DNA of 64,000 nt from Flavobacteriales bacterium (GTDB lineage: Bacteria; Bacteroidota; Bacteroidia; Flavobacteriales; BACL11). This document shows positions 55,916 through 64,000 of this stretch, piece by piece. The notes below the pieces were generated by a model. That model was given only the letters and a program-made list of their open reading frames with translations, was not told the DNA's origin and did no database searches. The stretch is from contig OZ238992.1 in the NCBI GenBank assembly GCA_965183885.1, positions 500,197-564,196 on the forward strand. Direction: 5' to 3'. How positions within the stretch are numbered: position 1 is the stretch's first letter; each line of letters starts with the position of its first letter. A program made the translations under genes and the position numbers.

Positions 55916-58017
55916 TAAGCTAATTTCAATTCTATTAATGTCCCTTTAGTAAAAGAACTTCCCTTTTTTATTGATTGTGACTTTACAGCTCCAAACCCAC
56001 TACAATTTACTTTTAGCCCATAAGTTTCTAAAAGAAAAATAACATCCTGCAAAACCATTCCTTTTAAATCAGGTACTTTACCTTTTTGTAAATCTTTTTC
56101 TATATTTCTTCTTTCTAAACTAAGATCTGCTTTAGTTGTTCTTGCTACAATCCAATCCGCTTCAGCTGAACTATTCTTAATTCCAAATTCATTTAACACC
56201 TTAACTGCATCAGTCATTATTCCATTCTTCACCTTTGGGAAATCTATTGTCTCTTCTGAAGCTACAATTGCCTTATGAATACTCATATCAGAAGCATAAA
56301 CTTTGTCTGCTAACTCTTTAAAAATTGGCGCTGCAACTGAACCCCCATAATGACCATTCTCTTTAGGGTTATTAACTACAACTATGCAAGAATACTTTGG
56401 GTTATTTGCTGGAAAGAAGCCTGCAAATGAAGCTTGATACTCCTTATCAACACCTTCTGCTCTATTGTTAAAATTAATAACTGTAGTTCCAGTTTTACCT
56501 GCTATAGCATACTCTTTTGAGCGGATATTTTTTGCTGTACCTTCTTCAATAACCCCAGTTAATAACGGCAATACTTTCTCTATTGTAACTTCAGAACAAA
56601 TTGCAGGATTAATTACTTTAGTACTACGCTCTTCAATAATTTTACCATCACGACTAATTGCTGTAGTAAAAATAGGGTTTACCATTTTTCCACTATTTGC
56701 AACTGCATTGTAAAAAGCAAGCATATGTATAGGAGTAAGCTGCATTTCATAACCTATTGACATCCAAGGAAGCGTTACTCCTGACCACCCTCCTTTATTT
56801 GGTATTGGTGTTTTTAAATTATTTGGAAAAGGCAACTCTAAATCTAAAGGAGTACTCAATCCCATTTTATAGATTCTATCTGTAAATGCTGTAGGATTAC
56901 TTTTATAATTATCAAAAATAATACGAGATATCCCTACGTTTGAAGATTTTATAAACGCTTTTTTTATTGTCATTTTATTGTAAAGCCCTGTACGAGAATC
57001 TTTCATCACCCTATCATAAAACTTAAAGCGTCCACCATAAGTATTTACAGTATCTGTAGTTTTAAAGTAGCCATCCTCCAAACCTGCAATTATTGAAGCT
57101 AACTTAAAAGTAGACCCTGGAGAAACATGCTTTGCCATAGCATAATTAAATGTCTCATTCACACTACCATCTTCATGTTTTTTAAGATTAGCAATTACCT
57201 TAACCTCTCCTGTTTCAACTTCCATTAACACTACACAACCCCAATCAGCATTATGATGTAATAAGGTTGTTTCCAATGCCTTTTCCGCCACATCCTGCAT
57301 GTCAGTATTAATAGTAGTAATTACATTGTTTCCTGGCTGAGGCAAACGATTACGTTCTGCATCTTGCGGCACCCAAACTCCTTTAGCAATTTTTCTTTTT
57401 AAGTGCTCTCCATCAACCCCAGATAATGTCTGATTAAATGCACGCTCAATTCCTACAGGATTTACATCCCTGAGCACTCCTACAGTTCGCTGCGCTAATA
57501 AACCAAATGGCTTTTCTCTATTTGGCCTTTGCTCAGCAATTAAACCTCCTTTATTTTTACCTAACTTAAAAATTGGCATCTTTTTAAGTTCATTTAGCTC
57601 ATTATGAGTTACTTTATTCTTTAATAAAATATATTTATTCTTTTTCGCTTTTTTTGATTGCTTTAAAAACATTTCATACTCTTGAGGAGTTTTATCCTCA
57701 AATAATTCTGAGAGCATTATTGACAAACCGACAACATTATCATAAAATAAACCCTCCTTCATTACGCTCATATCTAACCTAACGTTATACAAAGGCATAG
57801 AAATCGCTAGTAAAGAACCATCATCTGCAATAATATTTCCTCTTGGAGCCTCAACAGGAAAATACCTTGGCTGTGAGCTTGTATTTATTGCTGCACTGAA
57901 TTGCTGCACTTTAATAATTTTCGCAAGCACCCCTAAAGCAATAAAAACTACAAATAGGTATAAACCTATTATTCTGAAGTTTGTGTTTTTTACTTTCTTA
58001 GTCATTATTGCGTTCAA
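55915..58017 (-). CDS. ftsI: Class B penicillin-binding protein (FtsI/PBP3-like) with a C-terminal PASTA-like domain
   Basis: N-terminal TM, SPGSTFK (SxxK), SSN, KTGT, and a C-terminal VPDLKGMVLQDVIFLLETYGLKV segment. Confidence 0.9.
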   Translation of the reverse strand: MNAIMTKKVKNTNFRIIGLYLFVVFIALGVLAKIIKVQQFSAAINTSSQPRYFPVEAPRGNIIADDGSLLAISMPLYNVRLDMSVMKEGLFYDNVVGLSIMLSELFEDKTPQEYEMFLKQSKKAKKNKYILLKNKVTHNELNELKKMPIFKLGKNKGGLIAEQRPNREKPFGLLAQRTVGVLRDVNPVGIERAFNQTLSGVDGEHLKRKIAKGVWVPQDAERNRLPQPGNNVITTINTDMQDVAEKALETTLLHHNADWGCVVLMEVETGEVKVIANLKKHEDGSVNETFNYAMAKHVSPGSTFKLASIIAGLEDGYFKTTDTVNTYGGRFKFYDRVMKDSRTGLYNKMTIKKAFIKSSNVGISRIIFDNYKSNPTAFTDRIYKMGLSTPLDLELPFPNNLKTPIPNKGGWSGVTLPWMSIGYEMQLTPIHMLAFYNAVANSGKMVNPIFTTAISRDGKIIEERSTKVINPAICSEVTIEKVLPLLTGVIEEGTAKNIRSKEYAIAGKTGTTVINFNNRAEGVDKEYQASFAGFFPANNPKYSCIVVVNNPKENGHYGGSVAAPIFKELADKVYASDMSIHKAIVASEETIDFPKVKNGIMTDAVKVLNEFGIKNSSAEADWIVARTTKADLSLERRNIEKDLQKGKVPDLKGMVLQDVIFLLETYGLKVNCSGFGAVKSQSIKKGSSFTKGTLIELKLA

Positions 58018-58330
58018 TAATAATTGGTGGCGTTTCCGAAGTGATTAAACCTTGATCTAGCACCAACTCCTCGATAACTGACCTCCTATACATACTCATT
58101 AAGTCTGACTTTGTAGTTATATACACTAAACGTAAATCAGCTACTTCTTTTTCTAAAGAAATTGATTGTTTTAATAAACGTTCAGCACTAAAAGAAACTC
58201 TAATATTAACAAGTATTAAAACAACTATGAACAACAAAAAAGGAATGTACTTTTGATTGCTTTCATTAGCAATAAACTCACCTCTCAAAATTGAAAGAAA
58301 TGAATTTCTATGTTCTTTTTTTGTTTTCAT
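57998..58330 (-). CDS. ftsL: FtsL-like cell division protein
   Basis: 110 aa, single TM (IPFLLFIVVLILVNI), followed by a coiled segment. It lies between rsmH and ftsI. Confidence 0.65.
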   Translation of the reverse strand: MKTKKEHRNSFLSILRGEFIANESNQKYIPFLLFIVVLILVNIRVSFSAERLLKQSISLEKEVADLRLVYITTKSDLMSMYRRSVIEELVLDQGLITSETPPIIIERNND

Positions 58331-59226
58331 TATTTCTTTTCTGCAATACGCAACTTAGCACTTCTTGCTCTAGAATTTGTCGTTACCTCCTTATCTGAAG
58401 CAACAATAACCTTCCTGTTTACCTCGATTAAATCTTTAATTGGGTTCCCAAAAAAATCTTTATGCAACTTCCCCTCCAGATTACCTTTCTTCATTAAGTT
58501 TTTAACCATCCTATCTTCAAGAGAATGATAAGACATTACTACCAACCTCCCCCCTTCATTTAATAAATCCACTGCATCTAAAAGCATCTCCTCCAAAGCA
58601 GTCATTTCATCATTCACCTCTATTCTTATTGCCTGAAAAACTCTAGCCAAAAACTGATTTCTTTTTTTCTCAGGAACCAAATCCTTAATAATATCAATTA
58701 ACTGATTAGTGGTTGTTATTTTATCTAACTCTCTAGAATTTACAATTTCCTGAGCTATCTTTCTTGAGTTCCTAAGCTCTCCATATTTATATAAAACATC
58801 GGCTAAATCTCCTTTATCATATTCATTAACAACACTCATAGCTGATAACTGCGACTTAGTATTCATTCTCATATCCAACTCCCCATCAAAACGGATAGAA
58901 AACCCTCTTTCAGCAATATCAAACTGATGAGAAGAAACCCCTAAATCAGCTAACAGACCGTCAATTTTAGTTACTCCCTCCATTCTCAGGAAGTTTCTCA
59001 AGTATCTAAAATTTGCAGCTATTAATTTAAAACCATCCTGCTTTAAATCATTTCTATGTGCATTTTCATCTTGATCAAAAGCAAATAACTTTCCTCCCTT
59101 CAATTGCTTTAATATCAATTTAGAATGCCCACCGCCACCAAAAGTGACATCAACATAAATTCCATCAGGCTTAATATTTAGCCCCTCAATACATTCGTTT
59201 AATAATACCGGACTATGATACTCCAT
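58330..59226 (-). CDS. rsmH: 16S rRNA (cytosine1402-N4)-methyltransferase
   Basis: MEYHSPVLLNECIEGLNIKPDGIYVDVTFGGGGHS. The track start at 59238 adds 4 codons. Confidence 0.92.
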   Translation of the reverse strand: MEYHSPVLLNECIEGLNIKPDGIYVDVTFGGGGHSKLILKQLKGGKLFAFDQDENAHRNDLKQDGFKLIAANFRYLRNFLRMEGVTKIDGLLADLGVSSHQFDIAERGFSIRFDGELDMRMNTKSQLSAMSVVNEYDKGDLADVLYKYGELRNSRKIAQEIVNSRELDKITTTNQLIDIIKDLVPEKKRNQFLARVFQAIRIEVNDEMTALEEMLLDAVDLLNEGGRLVVMSYHSLEDRMVKNLMKKGNLEGKLHKDFFGNPIKDLIEVNRKVIVASDKEVTTNSRARSAKLRIAEKK

Positions 59227-59689
59227 CAGAATCTTCAAATGACTGATTACCCATTACCTCTTCAGCTAAATTTCCAAAATCAACTAAAGTTGCTGCAACT
59301 GCAGCTTCATAACTATCTTTATCCCAAATCTCAATCATATTTACCGAAGAAGACAATACAATTTCTTTGCTAATTGCCGCAAAGGCAAATAAATCTTTAG
59401 GTATTAAAAACCTTCCAGAACTATCTACCTCAACAACTTTTAAGCCTGACATATAGGAACGAATAAAATCATTATTCTTTTTTACAAATCGATTTAACTT
59501 ATTTACCTGACCAACTACTTTATCCCATTCTGACATAGGATGAATTTCCAAGCATTTGTTAAATACCGATCTTTTAATTACAAAACCATCACCTAATACA
59601 TTTTTCAACTGCTTTTTTAAAGCAGAAGGAAACATCACACGCCCTTTAGCGTCTGCTTTACATTCGTATGTTCCAATTATATTAATCAT
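59213..59689 (-). CDS. mraZ: Division/cell wall cluster transcriptional regulator MraZ
   Basis: 158 aa with two SpoVT/AbrB-like halves (DAKGRVMFPSALKKQL; DSSGRFLIPKDL). Confidence 0.9.
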   Translation of the reverse strand: MINIIGTYECKADAKGRVMFPSALKKQLKNVLGDGFVIKRSVFNKCLEIHPMSEWDKVVGQVNKLNRFVKKNNDFIRSYMSGLKVVEVDSSGRFLIPKDLFAFAAISKEIVLSSSVNMIEIWDKDSYEAAVAATLVDFGNLAEEVMGNQSFEDSDGVS

Positions 59690-59730
59690 TTTTTATTCTA
59701 CTGAATCTGGCTGCTAATATACGCATAAAT

Positions 59731-59755
59731 CCCACTTTCTCCCACTAACCCCCAC
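59731..59755 (-). promoter_or_regulatory. Putative MraZ operator: three direct GTGGG repeats at exact 10-bp spacing upstream of mraZ
   Basis: CCCAC on the plus strand at 59731-35, 59741-45 and 59751-55, which is AGTGGG x3 on the minus strand. It lies 41-66 nt upstream of the mraZ ATG. Confidence 0.65.
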
Positions 59756-59860
59756 TTTGTTGATAACTTTTACCACTTCAATTCATTTTAGCACGCTTTT
59801 ACCTAGTTGTTGCTATTAACAAATATTTTCGTTTCTTTGCAAACTAAAATCTAAACTTAC

Positions 59861-60613
59861 ATGATTAAGGAAGAAGGGAAATTTAAATGGCTTGAAGAAG
59901 GGAATGGAGGCCATCCAATTATACTACTACATGGTTTAATGGGAGGGGTTGAAAACTTTGGAGATATGGTTACACACATCTCTAAAGAATATCAAGTATA
60001 CGGCTTAGATCTAAAATTATTTGAAGGTTCTTTACTTAAGGTTTCAGTAAAAAAATTAAGCGACTATCTTTATGAATTTATGCAGCACTTAGGGTTAAAA
60101 AGTGCAGTATTCATAGGAAATTCAATGGGAGGACATATCGGATTAATATTTTCGAAAGAACACCCTGAGATGGTTGATGGACTTGTACTTACAGGAAGCT
60201 CTGGACTCTATGAAAATGCAATGGGAGATTCATTTCCAAGAAGAGGAGATTACGACTATATAAGAGTTAAAACTGAAGAAGTATTTTACGACCCAAAAGT
60301 AGCCACTAAAGAATTAGTTGATAGAGTATTTGAAATTGCAAATAACCGTGTTTCTGTACTTAAGCTATTAGGATATGCAAAATCAGCAATTAGACATAAT
60401 ATGGCTGAGGACATTCCACATTTTAAAATGCCAGTTTGTTTAATATGGGGAGAACAAGATAAAGTAACTCCACCCCCAGTAGCAGATGAGTTTCATAAAT
60501 TACTACCAAACTCAGAATTACACTGGATGCCTTTATGTGGGCACGCTGCAATGTGGGAACACCCAAAAGAATTTAGTGAGATTGCACTAAAATGGCTTAA
60601 AACCCATATCTAA
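59861..60613 (+). CDS. Alpha/beta-fold hydrolase
   Basis: HPIILLHGLMGG, nucleophile elbow GNSMGG, and a C-terminal CGHAAMWEHP. Confidence 0.8.
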   Translation: MIKEEGKFKWLEEGNGGHPIILLHGLMGGVENFGDMVTHISKEYQVYGLDLKLFEGSLLKVSVKKLSDYLYEFMQHLGLKSAVFIGNSMGGHIGLIFSKEHPEMVDGLVLTGSSGLYENAMGDSFPRRGDYDYIRVKTEEVFYDPKVATKELVDRVFEIANNRVSVLKLLGYAKSAIRHNMAEDIPHFKMPVCLIWGEQDKVTPPPVADEFHKLLPNSELHWMPLCGHAAMWEHPKEFSEIALKWLKTHI

Positions 60614-60624
60614 AGAATTAAAGG

Positions 60625-61233
60625 ATGAAAATAAAAACTGCCGAATTTGTAATTAGCAATACCGATTACAAAATTTGCCCTGCACCTAAAATGGCAGAAT
60701 ATGCGTTTATCGGAAGGTCTAATGTTGGAAAATCATCCTTAATTAATGCTTTAGTAAATAAAAAGAACTTAGCAAAAACATCAGGAAAGCCAGGAAAAAC
60801 ACAATTGATAAATCATTTTCTTATCAACAAAGAATGGTACTTAGTTGACTTACCTGGTTTTGGTTATGCCAAAATTTCAAAGTCGAAAAGAGCCCAGTTT
60901 CACGATATGATAAGCGAGTATTTACTTAACAGAACCAACTTAATGTGCTTATTTGTTTTAATTGATAGCAGACATAGTCCTCAAAAAATTGACCAAGAAT
61001 TTATGCAATGGCTTGCCGAAAACAGCATTCCTTTTGTAATGGTTTTTACTAAAGCTGATAAGCTAGGAAAAGTAGTTGTAGCAAAAAAAATAGAGGCTTA
61101 TAAAAAAGAAATGCTTAAAGAGTGGGAAGAGCTTCCTCAAACCTTTACTACCTCAGCCGAAACTAAAATAGGAACAGTAGAAATTGCTCAGTTTATTGAG
61201 CAATTAAACCCTCAATTTAAAGAAATTACTTAG
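60625..61233 (+). CDS. engB: Ribosome-biogenesis GTPase YihA/YsxC (EngB)
   Basis: GRSNVGKSSLINAL (G1), DLPGFGYA (G3), TKADK (G4). Confidence 0.9.
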   Translation: MKIKTAEFVISNTDYKICPAPKMAEYAFIGRSNVGKSSLINALVNKKNLAKTSGKPGKTQLINHFLINKEWYLVDLPGFGYAKISKSKRAQFHDMISEYLLNRTNLMCLFVLIDSRHSPQKIDQEFMQWLAENSIPFVMVFTKADKLGKVVVAKKIEAYKKEMLKEWEELPQTFTTSAETKIGTVEIAQFIEQLNPQFKEIT

Positions 61234-61558
61234 TTTCTTTAATTTTTGTTTGCTCTGCAAAAAACTCACAATAATCACGAAGTGCTCCTGCCAGCCTATC
61301 ATGTCCTGTAGCACGCTCTAAAGTAGTAGCCATCCCCATCATTGTTTGATGATACATAATAAACATTTCATTTACAGGCATATCTTTAGTCCATAAATCA
61401 ATACGTAAAGTTTCTTTAGATTTAGCTGCCCAAGCTGAAACCATTAAAGCTTTAATATTATTTTCACTAGCAGCTCCATCACTTGCATGCATCTCAATAT
61501 TTACAGGCAGGTTATTTTCATCTAAAGCAACATCAAATTTTAAAGTTTGTTTTTTCAT
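61226..61558 (-). CDS. gldC: Gliding motility protein GldC
   Basis: 110 aa. LDENNLP...IDLWTKDMPVNEM... matches my recollection of the GldC core. It sits immediately downstream of gldB, as in Flavobacterium johnsoniae. Confidence 0.75.
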   Translation of the reverse strand: MKKQTLKFDVALDENNLPVNIEMHASDGAASENNIKALMVSAWAAKSKETLRIDLWTKDMPVNEMFIMYHQTMMGMATTLERATGHDRLAGALRDYCEFFAEQTKIKETK

Positions 61559-62535
61559 CTTTTTGGTTTGTATTTTGATGCATTTAAAATAGCCCTTGCA
61601 TCAGTTATAAATATTAACTCATCTAAAGCAATATCATTATTATCCACATATTCTTGCACTATCTTATAACCTGTAAAATAGGCTATACGAGCTGGAGCTT
61701 CCTCAGGCATACCTTTTGCAAAAGGAGCATGATCTAAAAAAGTTTGATACAGCTGTTCATTTGAAGAAAATAATAAATCATTATCAACAAAATAAGTCCA
61801 AATTTCTGCCTCGTTTTCCTCTACCCAATCCATCTGTTCTTTAGTAAATCGGAATTGATTTTCCATTGCAACATCAGGGAGCATAGCATTAATAAAATAC
61901 ATTAACTTTCCTTTATGTATCATCTGAGACAGAAAATCTCTACCTCCTAAATAGTTTTGAAAATAAGCATTAAACCATACTTCCATTACATTAGAAACTA
62001 TAAACTCTTTTCGCTTCTGAAAACGCAAATACTCAGGATCGCCTAAAAAACCATAGAATTTACTATTTTTTCCTAAGAAATTTTCTAACCCTATAGCTAC
62101 ATTATCATCATAAGTAACTACTCCATAATTAAACCCTCCAAAAAAGGTTGTAATATCAGGAATTGGATAAGAAGGAAACTCATCTGAGAACCTTCCAAAA
62201 GCCTTATTTAAATCCTTTTCAATACTAGTAAAATCCGAAAAATTAATAGCAACACTGTCATAAGCCTCTCTCATGTCTGGATGTGAGGTAAAAGCAAGCA
62301 ACTCATTATAATACTTTTCATCAGCAAAGCTTGAAAACATTATTTGAGTAGCAAAAACCTCATTAAAGCTTCCAAAAACTAAATCCCACTCACTTGTAAG
62401 CTCCTCTACATTCTCAGCATTTATTAGGAATAATGATTGCTCAAAACGGTTAAATTTTAAATCTGCAATACTTGCATCATCAGAGAAACAAGAGGACAAT
62501 AAGAAAACAGTTAGTAATAATACGATACGATTCAT
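61555..62535 (-). CDS. gldB: Gliding motility lipoprotein GldB
   Basis: Lipobox LLSSCFSD, ..FNRFEQSLF.. The size (326 aa) and the gldB-gldC pairing fit. Confidence 0.7.
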   Translation of the reverse strand: MNRIVLLLTVFLLSSCFSDDASIADLKFNRFEQSLFLINAENVEELTSEWDLVFGSFNEVFATQIMFSSFADEKYYNELLAFTSHPDMREAYDSVAINFSDFTSIEKDLNKAFGRFSDEFPSYPIPDITTFFGGFNYGVVTYDDNVAIGLENFLGKNSKFYGFLGDPEYLRFQKRKEFIVSNVMEVWFNAYFQNYLGGRDFLSQMIHKGKLMYFINAMLPDVAMENQFRFTKEQMDWVEENEAEIWTYFVDNDLLFSSNEQLYQTFLDHAPFAKGMPEEAPARIAYFTGYKIVQEYVDNNDIALDELIFITDARAILNASKYKPKR

Positions 62536-62578
62536 AATGCAAAAATAAGAAGTTTTGCCTTACATTTGCAAAACAGTT

Positions 62579-63352
62579 ATGCAAACAACAGCAATAATAA
62601 ATCATATTACTAATTGGCTACTTTCATACGCTAAAAAAACAAATGTTAAAGGATTTGTAATAGGAATTTCTGGAGGTATTGACTCAGCAGTAAGCTCTAC
62701 CTTAGCAGCAAAAACAGGCCTTCCCCTTATTTGTGTGGAAATGCCCATACATCAACAACAATCACAAGTAATTAGAGGGAAAAAGCATATTGATTGGCTG
62801 AAAGAGAATTTTGAAAATGTAAGCTCAGTTGAATTAGACCTCAGCTCAACATTTGATAATTTTACAAACCAACTCCCAAAAAATGAAAAACAATACGAAC
62901 TTGCTTTAGTAAATACTCGTGCTCGTTTAAGGATGACTACGCTCTATTATTTTGCTCAAGCCAACAGCTCTTTAGTAGTAGGAACAGGAAATAAAGTAGA
63001 AGACTTTGGAATTGGTTTCTTTACTAAATATGGTGATGGAGGTGTAGATCTTAGCCCTATTGCTGACTTATTAAAAACTGAAGTTTATGCTCTTGGGAAA
63101 GAGATGGGGGTTAATAAGGATATCTTAGTTGCCCCACCAACTGATGGGCTTTGGGGGGATGATAAAACAGATGAAGATCAGATTGGTGCTAGCTACCCAG
63201 AACTAGAATGGGCAATGAACTTTAAGGGGGATACTACTGCCTTAAACCCAAGAGAAATAGAGGTACTAAAAATCTACACTAGACTTAATAAAGCTAACCA
63301 ACATAAAATGCAAGCTATACCTGTTTGCGAGATTCCAAAAAACCTTAAGTAA
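62579..63352 (+). CDS. nadE: NH3-dependent NAD+ synthetase
   Basis: PP-loop GISGGIDSAV. The start is taken at ATG 62579 (MQTTAIINHI); the track begins at TTG 62555. Confidence 0.9.
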   Translation: MQTTAIINHITNWLLSYAKKTNVKGFVIGISGGIDSAVSSTLAAKTGLPLICVEMPIHQQQSQVIRGKKHIDWLKENFENVSSVELDLSSTFDNFTNQLPKNEKQYELALVNTRARLRMTTLYYFAQANSSLVVGTGNKVEDFGIGFFTKYGDGGVDLSPIADLLKTEVYALGKEMGVNKDILVAPPTDGLWGDDKTDEDQIGASYPELEWAMNFKGDTTALNPREIEVLKIYTRLNKANQHKMQAIPVCEIPKNLK

Positions 63353-63397
63353 TCTATTTTCACTACATTAGCCCCAAACTAACTAAAAAAACGAGTT

Positions 63398-63745
63398 ATG
63401 GGGAAATTAGAAAAGCCATTAACATGGATACTTATATTAGGACTATTAGGATATTTATTTATGGGAAATTGTTGTAAATCTAATTCTGAATACAATGAAG
63501 AAATTGAACTTGAGAAAATAGAATTACAAATTATTGCAACAGACTCAGATACAAATATTGATAGCGTACTTACTATAGCTATTGAAGAAATTAAGGACGA
63601 TAGCACAATAAAAGTTATGCTAGAAAGAGGAGACTTTGACACAACAATTACAGAATCAACTACTAATGAAGACAGAAATAAAATTGAGAAAAAAATAATT
63701 AAAATTAAAACTACAACAAGAAGCACCGAGGAATATTCAGAATAA
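63398..63745 (+). CDS. Small hypothetical acidic protein with an N-terminal hydrophobic/lipoprotein-like segment
   Basis: MGKLEKPLTWILILGLLGYLFMGNCC, then an E/D/T-rich sequence. A mirror ORF of equal length exists on the minus strand. The plus strand is preferred on composition and signal-like N-terminus only. Confidence 0.4.
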   Translation: MGKLEKPLTWILILGLLGYLFMGNCCKSNSEYNEEIELEKIELQIIATDSDTNIDSVLTIAIEEIKDDSTIKVMLERGDFDTTITESTTNEDRNKIEKKIIKIKTTTRSTEEYSE

Positions 63746-63750
63746 AATCT

Positions 63751-64000
63751 TTATTCTGTGATATATTGTTGAAACCAGATTTCTCGCTCTATTATTGCTG
63801 AATCTGAATACACTGATGAAAAGCGATGACCTTCATCTTTATAAATTTTTAAACCATAGGAATGGTTATTTGCCTTTAGTTGAGTAGCTAATTTAATAGA
63901 ATGCTCAACATTTACTCTCTTATCTGCATCACCATGCAATAAAAGAATAGGTACGTGTTTAGGCAATTCCTCAACCCATTTCACTACAGAACGCCTATAT
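63751..64000 (-). CDS. C-terminal part of an alpha/beta hydrolase (S9 peptidase/dienelactone-hydrolase-like); the 5' end lies beyond the right edge
   Basis: ..VPILLLHGDADKRVNVEHSIKLATQLKANNHSYGLKIYKDEGHRFS.. is a catalytic Asp/His region. The frame stays open to position 64000 (..YRRSVVKWVEE..). Confidence 0.7.
   Translation of the reverse strand, partial: YRRSVVKWVEELPKHVPILLLHGDADKRVNVEHSIKLATQLKANNHSYGLKIYKDEGHRFSSVYSDSAIIEREIWFQQYITE

Noticed and set aside
63379-63726. 115-aa minus-strand ORF exactly mirroring the 115-aa plus-strand ORF 63398-63745
   Set aside because: Only one of the pair is likely to be real. The minus-strand product is a monotonous Ser/Ile/Leu/Val string, typical of the antisense of a GAA/GAT/ACA-rich gene. 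The plus-strand product has a signal/lipoprotein-like N-terminus. Even the plus-strand call is only moderate confidence.

Overview
This window looks like a low-GC chromosomal segment from a Bacteroidota bacterium, most likely Flavobacteriales. That inference rests on gld/T9SS genes, the absence of Shine-Dalgarno-type spacing, and TAnnTTTG-type -7 boxes.

Layout, left to right:
- (i) 1-2311(-): the N-terminal 770 codons of a large secreted adhesin-like protein. The supplied ORF track does not list it because it has no stop codon inside the window. A structured leader lies upstream.
- (ii) 2874-4457(+): a TPR/SPOR-like secreted protein.
- (iii) 4454-28406(-): a co-directional polysaccharide locus of about 24 kb. 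It appears to be two complete Wzx/Wzy-dependent units fused head to tail. It also holds a nonulosonic-acid (NeuB/cytidylyltransferase) module, a GpsA paralog, a FemAB-like/GNAT pair and a frameshifted UDP-sugar dehydrogenase.
- (iv) 28461-34040(-): the T9SS/gliding core operon porP-gldK-gldL-gldM-gldN, directly upstream of and co-directional with that locus.
- (v) Housekeeping genes: an arginase-fold protein, topA, and miaB / sigma-54 activator / lptE / TPR protein / secG.
- (vi) groES-groEL.
- (vii) 44517-59689(-): a complete dcw cluster, mraZ-rsmH-ftsL-ftsI-murE-mraY-murD-ftsW-murG-murC-ftsQ-ftsA-ftsZ, with MraZ-box repeats upstream.
- (viii) An alpha/beta hydrolase, engB, gldC-gldB, nadE, a small lipoprotein-like ORF, and a partial hydrolase at the right edge.

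I found no rRNA, tRNA, CRISPR array, transposase/integrase or recognisable defence system. I cannot point to a clearly novel self-contained system.

The best leads are:
- the untracked adhesin with unassigned YGDGW modules and its terminator-containing leader;
- the composite polysaccharide locus (NulO module plus GpsA paralog, an HP-motif transferase, FemAB-like/GNAT genes);
- a correctly spaced sigma-54-like element in front of groES, near a sensor-less sigma-54 activator.

All product calls come from reading motifs in the translations. No database search was run.
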